33,573 nucleotides of DNA from Candidatus Scalinduaceae bacterium (lineage in GTDB: Bacteria > Planctomycetota > Brocadiia > Brocadiales > Scalinduaceae), in assembly GCA_046759445.1 (NCBI GenBank), contig JBHICG010000036.1, positions 1 to 33,573 of the forward strand, written 5' to 3'. The notes beneath the pieces were generated by a model. It saw nothing but the letters and a program-made list of their open reading frames with translations. It ran no database searches and was not told where the DNA came from. Every line of letters starts with the position of its first letter. Position 1 is the first letter of the stretch. Position numbers and translations under genes: made by a program. Positions 10,548 to 19,700 of this stretch are shown here, piece by piece.

Positions 10548-11368
10548 TCCAAATCTCTTGTTATCCATTTTAGAGTTTCTTCGTATAAATTCGTAGGAAA
10601 ATACCACTCAAAAAATAATCCTGAATCCCAAAAAATCTTATCATCAGCAAACTTTAAATTACATAATGCCCCTCTCTTTTTGTAAACTTCTGAAAGGGTC
10701 TCAAATGATCTATTTAGTTTGGGCCGACCATTTATCGTGCAAAGGAGAACTGAACCCTTAAAATTTGACACATTAGTAGTTAGACAAATCCCCAAGAGTT
10801 GCTCATATACCTGACGTGTGAGGTAATGACCTTCTATATCGACTAAGCCTTTAGATTCAATTTCTTCAATGATCTGGCTCTTAGATGTGTTAGCCTTTTT
10901 GATGGTAAATTCCGAAAACAGCTTCTTTCCGAATAGTTCATTTAGATATACTTTACCACTGATGATGGGAGACCATAAAATAAGCTTCTCTATCCTGGTA
11001 TCCTGCTCAGCTACTAGAGCAGAAATAGTACCCCCCAATCTCAAGCCTAGCAGACCAATTTTTTCAATTTTTAGCTGTGACTTAAAAAAATCAATTGACT
11101 TTATTGTATCAGAAATCTGAGTTTCAATCGTGGCATCTTCGAAGTCTCCCTGGCTATCTCCATATCCAAAGCAGTCAAAGCGTAAGACGTAAAAACCTTT
11201 ATTACATAGTTCTCTGGCAAAATTAACTAATACCCTATAGCTTAACTGTTTCTCTTCACCATAAGGATGGCAGAAAATTATCCCTTTCCTCTCCTTGCTT
11301 TTGCTTGGACTGTGCAAAATAGCAAAGAGGCTCTTTTCTTCATTCTCAAAGTAGAATGCCTTTTCCAT
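10544..11368 (-). CDS. Alpha/beta hydrolase with Arg at the nucleophile position (similar to exosortase-A-system 'hydrolase 2')
   Basis: CHPYGEE, LRFDCFGYGDSQG, LLGLRLGGT, LILWSPI. Confidence 0.75.
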   Translation of the reverse strand: MEKAFYFENEEKSLFAILHSPSKSKERKGIIFCHPYGEEKQLSYRVLVNFARELCNKGFYVLRFDCFGYGDSQGDFEDATIETQISDTIKSIDFFKSQLKIEKIGLLGLRLGGTISALVAEQDTRIEKLILWSPIISGKVYLNELFGKKLFSEFTIKKANTSKSQIIEEIESKGLVDIEGHYLTRQVYEQLLGICLTTNVSNFKGSVLLCTINGRPKLNRSFETLSEVYKKRGALCNLKFADDKIFWDSGLFFEWYFPTNLYEETLKWITRDLE

Positions 11369-11460
11369 TTAATCCTATTTTTTTATCGTCACTTTTTATA
11401 AATATATATTTCTTCTTCTACATAAAGTATTAAAGAAAACGACGAACAACTTCGCATTAT

Positions 11461-12200
11461 TTAGCAAAGATATTTCTTCAAGACTTTACCCAAAGGACTC
11501 TTAGGAATCTCTTCCCGAAAATCAATAACCCTTGGTATCTTAAATTCAGCTATCTTCCCCTTACAAAATTCAACAAGCTCGTTTTCATCACACTGATAAT
11601 TAGGAACAACAACAGCCTTCATCACATCCTCACCATAATGGCTCTTCATTCCTGCCACAATAGCCTCTTTTACCTTCGGGTGCTTACACAGGAGCGCTTC
11701 AATCTCTGATGGGTCTACTTTATTACCGCCAGTGTTCAGGAAAAATGTCCTCCTACCTGTGATATATAGTCTTCCATTGTTATCCTTTTTCACTATATCT
11801 CCTGGGAAAAAATATCCCGAAAAGATTCCCTATTGAGGTTTCTCAATCCTGAATAACCCTTGGTCATAGCTGGACTCCTAATACCTATATTACCCGTTTC
11901 ATTAGATCTTAAGATATCACCCCTCTCACAAAAAATCTCTATCTCCACATTCTTTATTGGTAAACCAACAGATTCCACTATCTTTGAGATGTTCTCATCA
12001 AGATTTATGGATACAGAACCAGTCTCAGTTGAACCACATAGCTGCCTAACAAATATTCCGTATTTATCATAGAATTTCTGAAACGTCCTATGCGGTAAAG
12101 GTTCGCCGGCTGAAAAACAGGGTCTTAAGGAAGAGCAAACTATCTCTTCTCTTAAGGGTGTATCCGCTAAAGTTAATTCACCATAAATACGAAGAATCAC
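11461..12200 (-). pseudogene. Acyl-AMP/CoA ligase (ANL superfamily), 5'-truncated and frameshifted
   Basis: FSAGEPL and CGSTE (Y>C in the YGxTE motif) in one frame; GYFFPGDIVKKD..LYITGR, GGNKV, PKSPLGKVLK in another. Shift near 11816-11819 (CGG GA TAT). No P-loop (TSGTTG) half is present. Confidence 0.85.
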
Positions 12201-12212
12201 GCTATATAATTA

Positions 12213-12470
12213 GTTTCTGTTGCTGAAACACTATATTGTCACCCTGCCCCCATTCCTAGCTTACGCAAGGAAGCTATGGGGTCAGGGTCTCTGATCCTGA
12301 ACTTGATTCAGGATTGAGATATAATAGATTCTGAAATCGGAGATCCTGAATTTAATTCAGGACCTGGTTCAGGTGTGATTCTACTCAACGAGTAGAATCA
12401 CTTAAGCAATTCTGCTGTTGCGGAATTGCCAATGACATTTTTGGGTATTTAAGCTTTCCGCAACAGAAAC
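12213..12470. mobile_element. MITE-like non-autonomous element (258 bp)
   Basis: 16-bp TIRs GTTTCTGTTGCTGAAA / TTTCCGCAACAGAAAC (15/16 match), TAATTA on both sides (12207-12212, 12471-12476), internal TCCTGAA..TTCAGGA palindromes at 12295-12313 and 12344-12362. Confidence 0.75.
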
Positions 12471-12519
12471 TAATTAGTAATTCCCTTAAGGAAAGTTTTT
12501 CGACTCATATTTCTAAAGT

Positions 12520-12795
12520 CTATTCACTATTTAATTCCTTACTAATATACTTAGCCAAGCTTCCTATATTCTCGAAAACCTCAATACGCATTTCAGATTC
12601 GTCAATAAAGATGTTAAATTCTTTTTCCAATCCAACCACCAACTCTTGAAGAGTAATTGAATCCAGCCCAAGCCCTTTCCCAATGAGAGGAGTATCTCGT
12701 GATATTTGTCGAGCATCAATGTGAACGATTAATCTTTTTTCAATAACTTTCTTTATTCTATCTTCAATATTGGATGTAACTTCATTCATAATCAT
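12520..12795 (-). CDS. Acyl carrier protein
   Basis: GLGLDSI phosphopantetheinylation motif, LEKEFNIFI, FENIGSL; GAGG spacing favours a start at 12789. Confidence 0.88.
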   Translation of the reverse strand: MIMNEVTSNIEDRIKKVIEKRLIVHIDARQISRDTPLIGKGLGLDSITLQELVVGLEKEFNIFIDESEMRIEVFENIGSLAKYISKELNSE

Positions 12796-12877
12796 ACCTC
12801 TTTTATCTGCATTTTTTTAATACTAAATCCTCTTCGTAGCTATTCTGATCCAGCCAGCTTGTAGAAATCTAAAAGCT

Positions 12878-14371
12878 CTACTCTACCTCTGATCGCACCA
12901 ACGTAGGACGATCTATGCCTCCCAAAATGCCTGCCTTCAATAAACCATACTTTTTGTATTTTCGTGCCCTTATCAATGTCTTCTCTTCAGAGCGCTTATC
13001 GACATTTTCCTGGGCTCGCTTCCAGGTCTCATATACTCGAAAGATGTCTCCACGTTCATAGTCTTCTCTTGGTACCACGCCTAGAGGATGAAACACTCCA
13101 TCTCCATAAGATTCAGGTTGATAACAGTTGACATTGTTTTCAAAATTGCGTTGCGTATATTGCATGAAATCCCTAAAATTCCTCCTAAATAAAACCATTT
13201 TATAACGTTTAGGGTTACGCATCAACAATGATCCCGGTTCCAAGTTCATAGGGGAGACATAAGGATAACGTACATTTCTGAACTTATCATAAAAATAATC
13301 CGAAAATGTTTTAATTGCCTTTATGTCTTCATCCTCCTCAAATGGCAATCCCATAAGGGTGCTCATGTCAATCATAAAGTTATCGTACCTTTGGCAGTGG
13401 TTAAGCACATCTTCCAGCGCTTCATCTGAGAAATATGCCTTCAAAAATCGGCGATGACCAAGTAGCTTACGCAAGCGATCCGAAGGCGTCTGTACGTCGA
13501 TGCAAAGCTCAATGAAGTTAAAGGTTTCTGCCAATGAATCAATAAGTTTTTTATTAGGCAGAGACCAGCTATAGAAATAGCAATTGTATTTCTTTTTTTC
13601 CAAAGCAGAAAAAATATCAAGATAGTAGTTTTCCTGTACATTTTCCCGTAATGGATCAAAATCAAAGGTTAATCGAGATGATCTTGGATATTTCGAAAGA
13701 ATCTCTATTTCACGGAGGATTAATTCTATTGGTCGGTAGATAAATTTTTTGCGTCCAAAACCTTGCTTGTTGTTCCATGAATTACCTGCACAATAAACAC
13801 ATGTTTCAATGCAACCCTTCCCAGTCCAAATGTAGCTGTTTAGGACGTTTATATCAGAAACAATATCTTCCAAATTCTCTATAAGGAATACGTCTTTCAG
13901 ACTGTTTTCGGATTGAACATATCGTTTACGAACAGATATTAGCTTACGGTCATTTCTAAAAACACAGTTTAAGGGCTTTTGTCCCGTGACAAGCCTATAA
14001 AGCGGTTCTTCACCATCACCTCTGATAACTACATCGAAATTGGTATTTTCTACCAGTTCTCTTGCAAAAAATGTGGCAGTTTGCCCACCAGCTATTGTTA
14101 CAATTCCGGGATCACACCTCTTAATCATCGAAGCTATATATGAAGAGGAATAAAGAGTTTCCCACCACTTGCAGGAGACGGCGGCAAACTTCGGCCTATA
14201 TTTCGCAATCTCCCTCTGAACCGTTTCTTCGAACATTTCGTTATTGAGCGGAACTATCCTCACCTCCACATTCCGCTGATACAAGTACGACGCTATCCAC
14301 AGTAATGCATTATTAAACTTGTGATAATCTCCTCTGCGATAACGTGGTGGATTGAAAATAATTAGTTCCAT
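12878..14371 (-). CDS. Cobalamin-binding-domain radical SAM protein (class B-like)
   Basis: N-terminal B12-binding-type features (LLWIASYL, IAGGQTAT, DVVIRGDGE), GCIETCVYC = CxxxCxxC, MGLPFE; start placed at the ATG following GGGAG. Confidence 0.82.
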   Translation of the reverse strand: MELIIFNPPRYRRGDYHKFNNALLWIASYLYQRNVEVRIVPLNNEMFEETVQREIAKYRPKFAAVSCKWWETLYSSSYIASMIKRCDPGIVTIAGGQTATFFARELVENTNFDVVIRGDGEEPLYRLVTGQKPLNCVFRNDRKLISVRKRYVQSENSLKDVFLIENLEDIVSDINVLNSYIWTGKGCIETCVYCAGNSWNNKQGFGRKKFIYRPIELILREIEILSKYPRSSRLTFDFDPLRENVQENYYLDIFSALEKKKYNCYFYSWSLPNKKLIDSLAETFNFIELCIDVQTPSDRLRKLLGHRRFLKAYFSDEALEDVLNHCQRYDNFMIDMSTLMGLPFEEDEDIKAIKTFSDYFYDKFRNVRYPYVSPMNLEPGSLLMRNPKRYKMVLFRRNFRDFMQYTQRNFENNVNCYQPESYGDGVFHPLGVVPREDYERGDIFRVYETWKRAQENVDKRSEEKTLIRARKYKKYGLLKAGILGGIDRPTLVRSEVE

Positions 14372-14387
14372 ATTACTCCCTACTGCA

Positions 14388-14632
14388 TTACTGGTCGCCA
14401 CATAAATTTCCTATATTCTCGAAATATTCAATACACAGTTTAGATTCTTCAATAAAGATGTTAAATTCCTCTTCTAACCCATCACCAATTCCCGAAGAGC
14501 AATTGAATCCAGCCCAAAACCCTTCCCTATAAGTGGTGTACTTCTTGATACTTTTTTAGCATCTACACATAGTTCCATTTTGTCAGTAATCACTCTCTTT
14601 ATCCTATCTTCGATATTGGTTGATGTCTTCAT
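14388..14632 (-). pseudogene. Second acyl carrier protein, frameshifted by a 1-nt deletion
   Basis: MKTSTNIEDRIK...GFGLDSIALRELVMG* continues in another frame as LEEEFNIFIEESKLCIEYFENIGNLCGDQ*, colinear with the ACP at 12520-12795; GAGG RBS upstream. Confidence 0.85.
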
Positions 14633-14663
14633 GGAAATACCTCTCTTATCCTGATTTCTACAA

Positions 14664-15272
14664 TTAGATCTCCATACCATTTTCTGGAAACTTTTCAGTG
14701 ATTAACATAATAGGCAGGTGATTTGCGATTACTCTATACGTCCTGAAGATTAGAAAATCATCTTTTTCTATATTGAAATAATCAGCAAGATCATGGGCTC
14801 TTTCTTTGCCACAATCCAAGATCTCACGGAAAGTTTCTAAACGATTCTCAAAAATTAATAGACCAATAGGTTTGTTACTATTTAACAAACCATCTCTTAT
14901 TTTTTCATCCAGTCTGTCAGGAACAATTATTGAATCACCATAGAGATGGTTTTTTTGACTTAATCTTCCACGCAAGAATATTTTTCTCTGCATAACACTA
15001 CACTCTTTTTTTATCTCTAAAGAAGGAATGCCATGATCTAAGATAAAATGATCCTGGAATAATTTTATTACCTTCATTCTTTCCCAAAAACAAGCTTCCA
15101 GAATCTCGGTCACCATGCCGTCAGTGGTTAGAAGAATACGCTGAAAAGAAGTGAGATCCTTTGGATTGATGGGAGTACGTTTTAAGGTTTGCTGAAGATC
15201 AAGCCGTAGAAGATTGCCGTTTGAAGAATCAAGATGTAGAAGATCAACGTTTGAAGAACTATTATAATCCAT
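14664..15272 (-). CDS. Chorismate pyruvate-lyase family protein (DUF98/Rv2949c-like, probable 4-hydroxybenzoate synthase)
   Basis: QRILLTTDGMVTEILE, KPIGLL..RLETFREI, RTYRV, PIMLITEKFP. Confidence 0.75.
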   Translation of the reverse strand: MDYNSSSNVDLLHLDSSNGNLLRLDLQQTLKRTPINPKDLTSFQRILLTTDGMVTEILEACFWERMKVIKLFQDHFILDHGIPSLEIKKECSVMQRKIFLRGRLSQKNHLYGDSIIVPDRLDEKIRDGLLNSNKPIGLLIFENRLETFREILDCGKERAHDLADYFNIEKDDFLIFRTYRVIANHLPIMLITEKFPENGMEI

Positions 15273-15327
15273 AATTTTTTCCTCTTATAAAATTGTTATA
15301 TAAGTATTAATTGTACTATTTTCTTTT

Positions 15328-16503
15328 TTAATCTAGTTTGGAAGTCAATATATCGATAATTCTTTCAGCAGTCTTTCCATCCCAAAACCTGGGCGTTTTT
15401 TTTTCAATTTGCCTTGTGGAAATTGCGTTTTCAAAAGCTTTTATGATTCTCGCAGGAACGTTCCCAACAAGTGTATTTGTTCCCTCCGTAATAGTTACAG
15501 GTCTTTCTGTATTTTCCCTTAATGTTATACAAGGGGTACCCAATATTGTAGTTTCCTCCTGGGTACCTCCAGAGTCTGTAAACATTACTTTTGCTTTTTT
15601 CTCAAGAAACATAAAATCAAGGTATCCAAGCGGTGGGAGACCATAAAAATAGTTTTTACCCGAACCATTAAGTGGTTGAAAATCCTCATTTAACCACGTA
15701 AGTTTATTACTTAATCCAAAACCCTCTATTTGTTTTTTTGTCCTTGGATGGACGGGAAATAAGATCGGAATCTTTTTTGATATTTCGCCAAAACAATTTA
15801 ACACTCTTTCAAGAATGTTTTTATGATCAACATTAGAAGGTCGATGAAGAGTCAATAAGGCATATTCACTTTTTTCTTCATCTTTTAAAGGCACTATCTC
15901 TTTAAGCTTCTTTAAAATCTCAGAGTTAGAGGTATATTGTAAAATTAAGCTTAAACTATCAATCATGATATTTCCTACAAAGAAAATTTTTTCCTTTGGA
16001 ATTCCCTCTTTCAAGAGGTTTGCATTTGCCTCCGGTGAATGAGTAAATAGAAAATCACTTATTTGATCCGTCAAGATTCGATTAATTTCTTCTGGCATTG
16101 ATCTGTCAAATGATCGTAACCCTGCTTCTACATGAGCCACAGGAATATTAAGCTTTGCAGCAACCATTGCACAGGCAATAGTGGAATTAACATCACCTAC
16201 CACAATCACAAGGTCTGGTTTTTGCTCCAGAACTACCTTTTCAAAGGCGATCATGATCTTACCTGTTTGTTTACCATGCCCTCCAGAGCCAATGCCTAAA
16301 TTTATATCAGGCCTTGGAATATTAAGTTCGTCAAAGAAAACTGTAGACATGGCTTCGTCATAATGCTGACCCGTATGCACTAATAAGAGGTTTACACCAG
16401 GTTTATGGTTTTTTTTATTCTCATTATGTAGTTCAATTACCTTTATCAGGGGGGCAATCTTCATAAAATTTGGTCTTGCACCTGCTATCAAAATGATTTT
16501 CAC
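15328..16503 (-). CDS. wecB: UDP-N-acetylglucosamine 2-epimerase (non-hydrolysing)
   Basis: GARPNFMK, HTGQHYD, HVEAGLRS, PEEINR, TLHRPSNVD, TDSGGTQEE, TERP. Confidence 0.93.
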   Translation of the reverse strand: MKIILIAGARPNFMKIAPLIKVIELHNENKKNHKPGVNLLLVHTGQHYDEAMSTVFFDELNIPRPDINLGIGSGGHGKQTGKIMIAFEKVVLEQKPDLVIVVGDVNSTIACAMVAAKLNIPVAHVEAGLRSFDRSMPEEINRILTDQISDFLFTHSPEANANLLKEGIPKEKIFFVGNIMIDSLSLILQYTSNSEILKKLKEIVPLKDEEKSEYALLTLHRPSNVDHKNILERVLNCFGEISKKIPILFPVHPRTKKQIEGFGLSNKLTWLNEDFQPLNGSGKNYFYGLPPLGYLDFMFLEKKAKVMFTDSGGTQEETTILGTPCITLRENTERPVTITEGTNTLVGNVPARIIKAFENAISTRQIEKKTPRFWDGKTAERIIDILTSKLD

Positions 16504-16792
16504 TATTTAGCCTCCAGATATAATTATTTCAATGAAATCAGAAATTTTCAAATTCATCAGCTATCTTTTATCTTCAAAGTTATCTTAGGATATAAATAAA
16601 TAATTTATTATTTACGTTGTTTTAAAAAGTGTGGGTTTTCCCCAAATTTGCAATGCAAACACCTGCATCAGCAAGGAATTTTGGAACTTTTAACTTTGGT
16701 TGAAAATCAAATAATATGATATGAGAAAACCTTTTTGAAAATAATTGTAATTGGTATTCTTCCGGTTCTACGAAGCTTGATACATAACGCTC

Positions 16793-18103
16793 CTAGGTTA
16801 ATACTCCGTTGACTAAGCGATGGTCTGTAATACGTCTTGCCTTAAGGTCGAAGCAAGGCAATGTTCCATATGGTACAGTTTTGACGTTCACGCGAAGTCC
16901 CAACCCGTTGCGAATTTCTTTAGCAACTGCATTAGCGATTGTATCGGGGGTAGCCCCATTGACTTCAAGCCTAATCTCCATTTCATCCAACTCATGTCGA
17001 CGATACACGTCTACTGCAAATTCACCGATCTGGGAGAAGCGGCGCACAATATTCTCTATGGCGCTGGGAAAGACGTTTACACCACGTATTACGAGCGCAT
17101 CGTCTATCCGTCCAATGACGCCACCCTCCAGGTGAGAATAGTTTCTCCCGCATTCGCAAGGAATATTTCGAAGTCTCACTTTGTCTCCTGTACGGTAACG
17201 GACTAAGGGCATCCCAACCCGTCCCAGGTTGGTGATGACCAGTTCTCCTTCTTCAACTGACTGATCGGTTGCAGGATCTATTACCTCGAATATGAACTCA
17301 CCTTCGTTCAAACAAACACCGTATTGAGGTTGGCACTCAAAACCCCAGGCACCAACTTCAGTAGCGCCAGCATGATCATAGCACAAGGAACCCCAGACCG
17401 TTTCGATTCGGAATTTGGTTGACGGCAAACTTGCACCAGGTTCACCAGCATGGATTGTGAGGCGGACCTTTGATTTGGTTATGTCAATATCCTCCTGCCC
17501 AGCAACCTCTGCCAAATGTAATGCATATGTTGGGGTGCAGACTAAAACCGTGACGTCATGAGCAAGGATAGCATTTAAACGTTGTAGAGAGGACATTCCA
17601 CCCCCTGGAATGGATAATGCGCCAATTAACCTGGCCCCTTCGTATGCACTCCAAAAACCAATGAAGGGGCCAAAGGAAAAGGCAAAGAAGATACGGTCTG
17701 TTGAATTCACCCCGATCGCCTTATATACCGTAGCCCAACAACGGGCCCACCACTTCCAACTTTCCTCCGTGTCTAACCAGCGTAATGGCTCGCCCTTTGT
17801 GCCTGAAGTTTGATGGATACGGGTGTATGTCTCTCGCTGAAAAGTTAGATTGCTACCGTAAGGAGGATAAACTTTTTGGTCAGATGAGAGTTCATCCTTG
17901 GTGGTAAATGGCAACTGCCGATAATCCTCAAATGTTTGCACATCTAAAGGGTGTCTCACACCCACACTTTTCAGCTTCTGACGGTAGAAAACGTTGGATT
18001 TTAAAACCTGATCTAACATCATTTGAAACTTCTTCAATTGAATCTGTTCAAGTGCTTCTCGACCAAGTGTTTCAATGAAAGTGTCTAGGTAACTTGTTTC
18101 CAT
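16793..18103 (-). CDS. Phenylacetate-CoA ligase (PaaK) family aryl-CoA ligase
   Basis: LPFTTK, HQTSGTKG, CTPTYALHL, AGEPG, DHAGATE, RYRTGD, GRIDD..IRGVNVFPSAIE. Confidence 0.85.
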   Translation of the reverse strand: METSYLDTFIETLGREALEQIQLKKFQMMLDQVLKSNVFYRQKLKSVGVRHPLDVQTFEDYRQLPFTTKDELSSDQKVYPPYGSNLTFQRETYTRIHQTSGTKGEPLRWLDTEESWKWWARCWATVYKAIGVNSTDRIFFAFSFGPFIGFWSAYEGARLIGALSIPGGGMSSLQRLNAILAHDVTVLVCTPTYALHLAEVAGQEDIDITKSKVRLTIHAGEPGASLPSTKFRIETVWGSLCYDHAGATEVGAWGFECQPQYGVCLNEGEFIFEVIDPATDQSVEEGELVITNLGRVGMPLVRYRTGDKVRLRNIPCECGRNYSHLEGGVIGRIDDALVIRGVNVFPSAIENIVRRFSQIGEFAVDVYRRHELDEMEIRLEVNGATPDTIANAVAKEIRNGLGLRVNVKTVPYGTLPCFDLKARRITDHRLVNGVLT

Positions 18104-18313
18104 GGTATATCTCCTTTTTTTTCATTGCCTTCATCTAATGCAATAAGCTATTGCTTCGGAAATTAAACAACATAGTTTATTAATAATCGAAAGGTGCTAG
18201 CTGGTCAGTTTTCACAGGGAATTTCCATAGATAAGCATAATCGCTTTACAATAGAAATTATGCAATAAGTGCGACCGAAAAGAGTTAAACTTTTTATTGA
18301 GATTATCCTCTTC

Positions 18314-19255
18314 CTACTTATTATAATAAGTGTTGGTGTCAATCAGTTCCAAACTTCTTTGCAAAAATTGACGCACAGGAGTTACACTGAACTTCAATCC
18401 TTTTATTTTATAATAGCGTAATATACCTTCACTTTGAAGGATTCGATCTGCAAGATCATAACTGCGCACACAGTCAGGTCTCAGCGGGATTACCTGATAA
18501 GGAATTTTTTTTGCACCATGGATAATGGTCATCTCGAAAGTATCCGTGCTGTATTGCAAAGCACGTGTAGTAGGATGGAGTTCCTCGGCAACATGATACA
18601 ATGTAAAACAATCCTTAGGAATCACACCGATGCCCGCCACCAGTCCATTATGTTGCTGCATCTTACAAATAGGTGATTTCTCTCCAAAGGCCGTACCCAG
18701 ATGATGCTCCGATACAAGTTCCTTGCTGTACTTACCCCATGCAGCGATCGAATGCGTTGGATGAAGACTGCGTGTCACACCTTCGGTTCGCCTGAACAAC
18801 TCTGTTAATAGACCGACTTGTGAGGGTGCACGTTTGACATTAAAAATCTTCTGCCTTTGAACATAATAGTATTGCAATACTGTAAGAGGAAAAGTCGGCA
18901 TCAGAAGAGTCCCTTCTTCTCCTATCATCGCCTTCAACAAATTGATTAACTGGAGAGGATTTTGGCATGGCACACGGCGGCTTAATGCATCCATGGAGCT
19001 GTGTAAATAGATTGTAGCTCCGTGCGTAAATCCTAATTCCTTGAGCTGACTAATAAATTCTTCTCGTGACAAGGTACGGCGATCCAGGCGTCTCATTAAA
19101 GTACGCCTTTTTCGCCAAGCTGTTCGACAATAAGGGAGCAATGAAGCCGGAAGAATATGCTGTACAATTGCCTTCATCTTTTTATCTTTTAGATTTAACA
19201 CTCTTCGTGTCGGGTGCATTTCCTCACATATACTGTCTTCAAAATAATTCACCAT
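18314..19255 (-). CDS. AAC(3)/YokD-family N-acyltransferase
   Basis: YLHSSM, GTLLMPTF, GLLTELFRR, RSLHPTHSIAAWG, TLYHVAE; true start probably 19219 or 19174. Confidence 0.82.
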   Translation of the reverse strand: MVNYFEDSICEEMHPTRRVLNLKDKKMKAIVQHILPASLLPYCRTAWRKRRTLMRRLDRRTLSREEFISQLKELGFTHGATIYLHSSMDALSRRVPCQNPLQLINLLKAMIGEEGTLLMPTFPLTVLQYYYVQRQKIFNVKRAPSQVGLLTELFRRTEGVTRSLHPTHSIAAWGKYSKELVSEHHLGTAFGEKSPICKMQQHNGLVAGIGVIPKDCFTLYHVAEELHPTTRALQYSTDTFEMTIIHGAKKIPYQVIPLRPDCVRSYDLADRILQSEGILRYYKIKGLKFSVTPVRQFLQRSLELIDTNTYYNK

Positions 19256-19280
19256 TGTAAAATGTGCTGTCTAAATTGAC

Positions 19281-19525
19281 ATAAGTACCTGTACAAAATT
19301 AATCAGGTATTATTTTTTAGAGTTTATCGAGTCCTACAATGATCTTAGTACTCAACGTTACCATAAACCGTGCCTTTTTCTTGTCATCTCTGAAAGCGAA
19401 GAATCTTTCGCTAAACGTTAAAGATTCTTCACTCCGCTTCGCTTCGTTCAGAATGACAGCGATAAAGAAGATCAAATTATGACTTTCCCCAGTATATACC
19501 GAAAAATATATGGTCAGGTACTTAT
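19281..19525. mobile_element. Possible MITE containing a REP-like palindrome
   Basis: 11-bp terminal inverted repeat ATAAGTACCTG/CAGGTACTTAT; inner hairpin TGTCAT..GAAGAATCTTT..AAAGATTCTTC..ATGACA (19382-19458). Confidence 0.45.
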
Positions 19526-19574
19526 ATTGCACGAGGACATAAATGAAACTTTTTCATATGTCAGGTCTAGTAGT

Positions 19575-19622
19575 AAATCCACCCCTTCCCCTCTTTACTA
19601 AGGGGGGGATAAAGGGGGATTT
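19575..19622. repeat. C-run/G-run palindromic intergenic repeat
   Basis: AAATCCACCCCTTCCCCTCTTTACTAAGGGGGGGATAAAGGGGGATTT forms an imperfect GC-rich hairpin. Confidence 0.55.
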
Positions 19623-19700
19623 TGTTTTCATTTGTGACCCCTTGCAGTATATATTTACCCAGGCAAGTCATGAGTTGCCCAAACGAATCCAGAATTATTG

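Noticed and set aside
12213..12470. Repeated TCCTGAA..TTCAGGA units as a possible mini CRISPR array
   Set aside because: Only two degenerate copies, inside TIRs, and no cas genes in the window.
14470..14485. Programmed ribosomal frameshift restoring the second ACP
   Set aside because: No canonical X XXY YYZ slippery site; a 1-nt deletion or sequencing error is simpler.
14664..15272. ubiC of ubiquinone biosynthesis
   Set aside because: No ubiA or other ubi genes nearby, and the motifs fit the DUF98/Rv2949c-like branch, so no symbol was assigned.
16793..18103. paaK of phenylacetate catabolism
   Set aside because: No other paa genes are present; only family membership is supported.
19317..19532. 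71-aa minus-strand ORF
   Set aside because: It is a translation of the palindromic repeat/MITE sequence (VILNEAKRSEES), not a credible gene.
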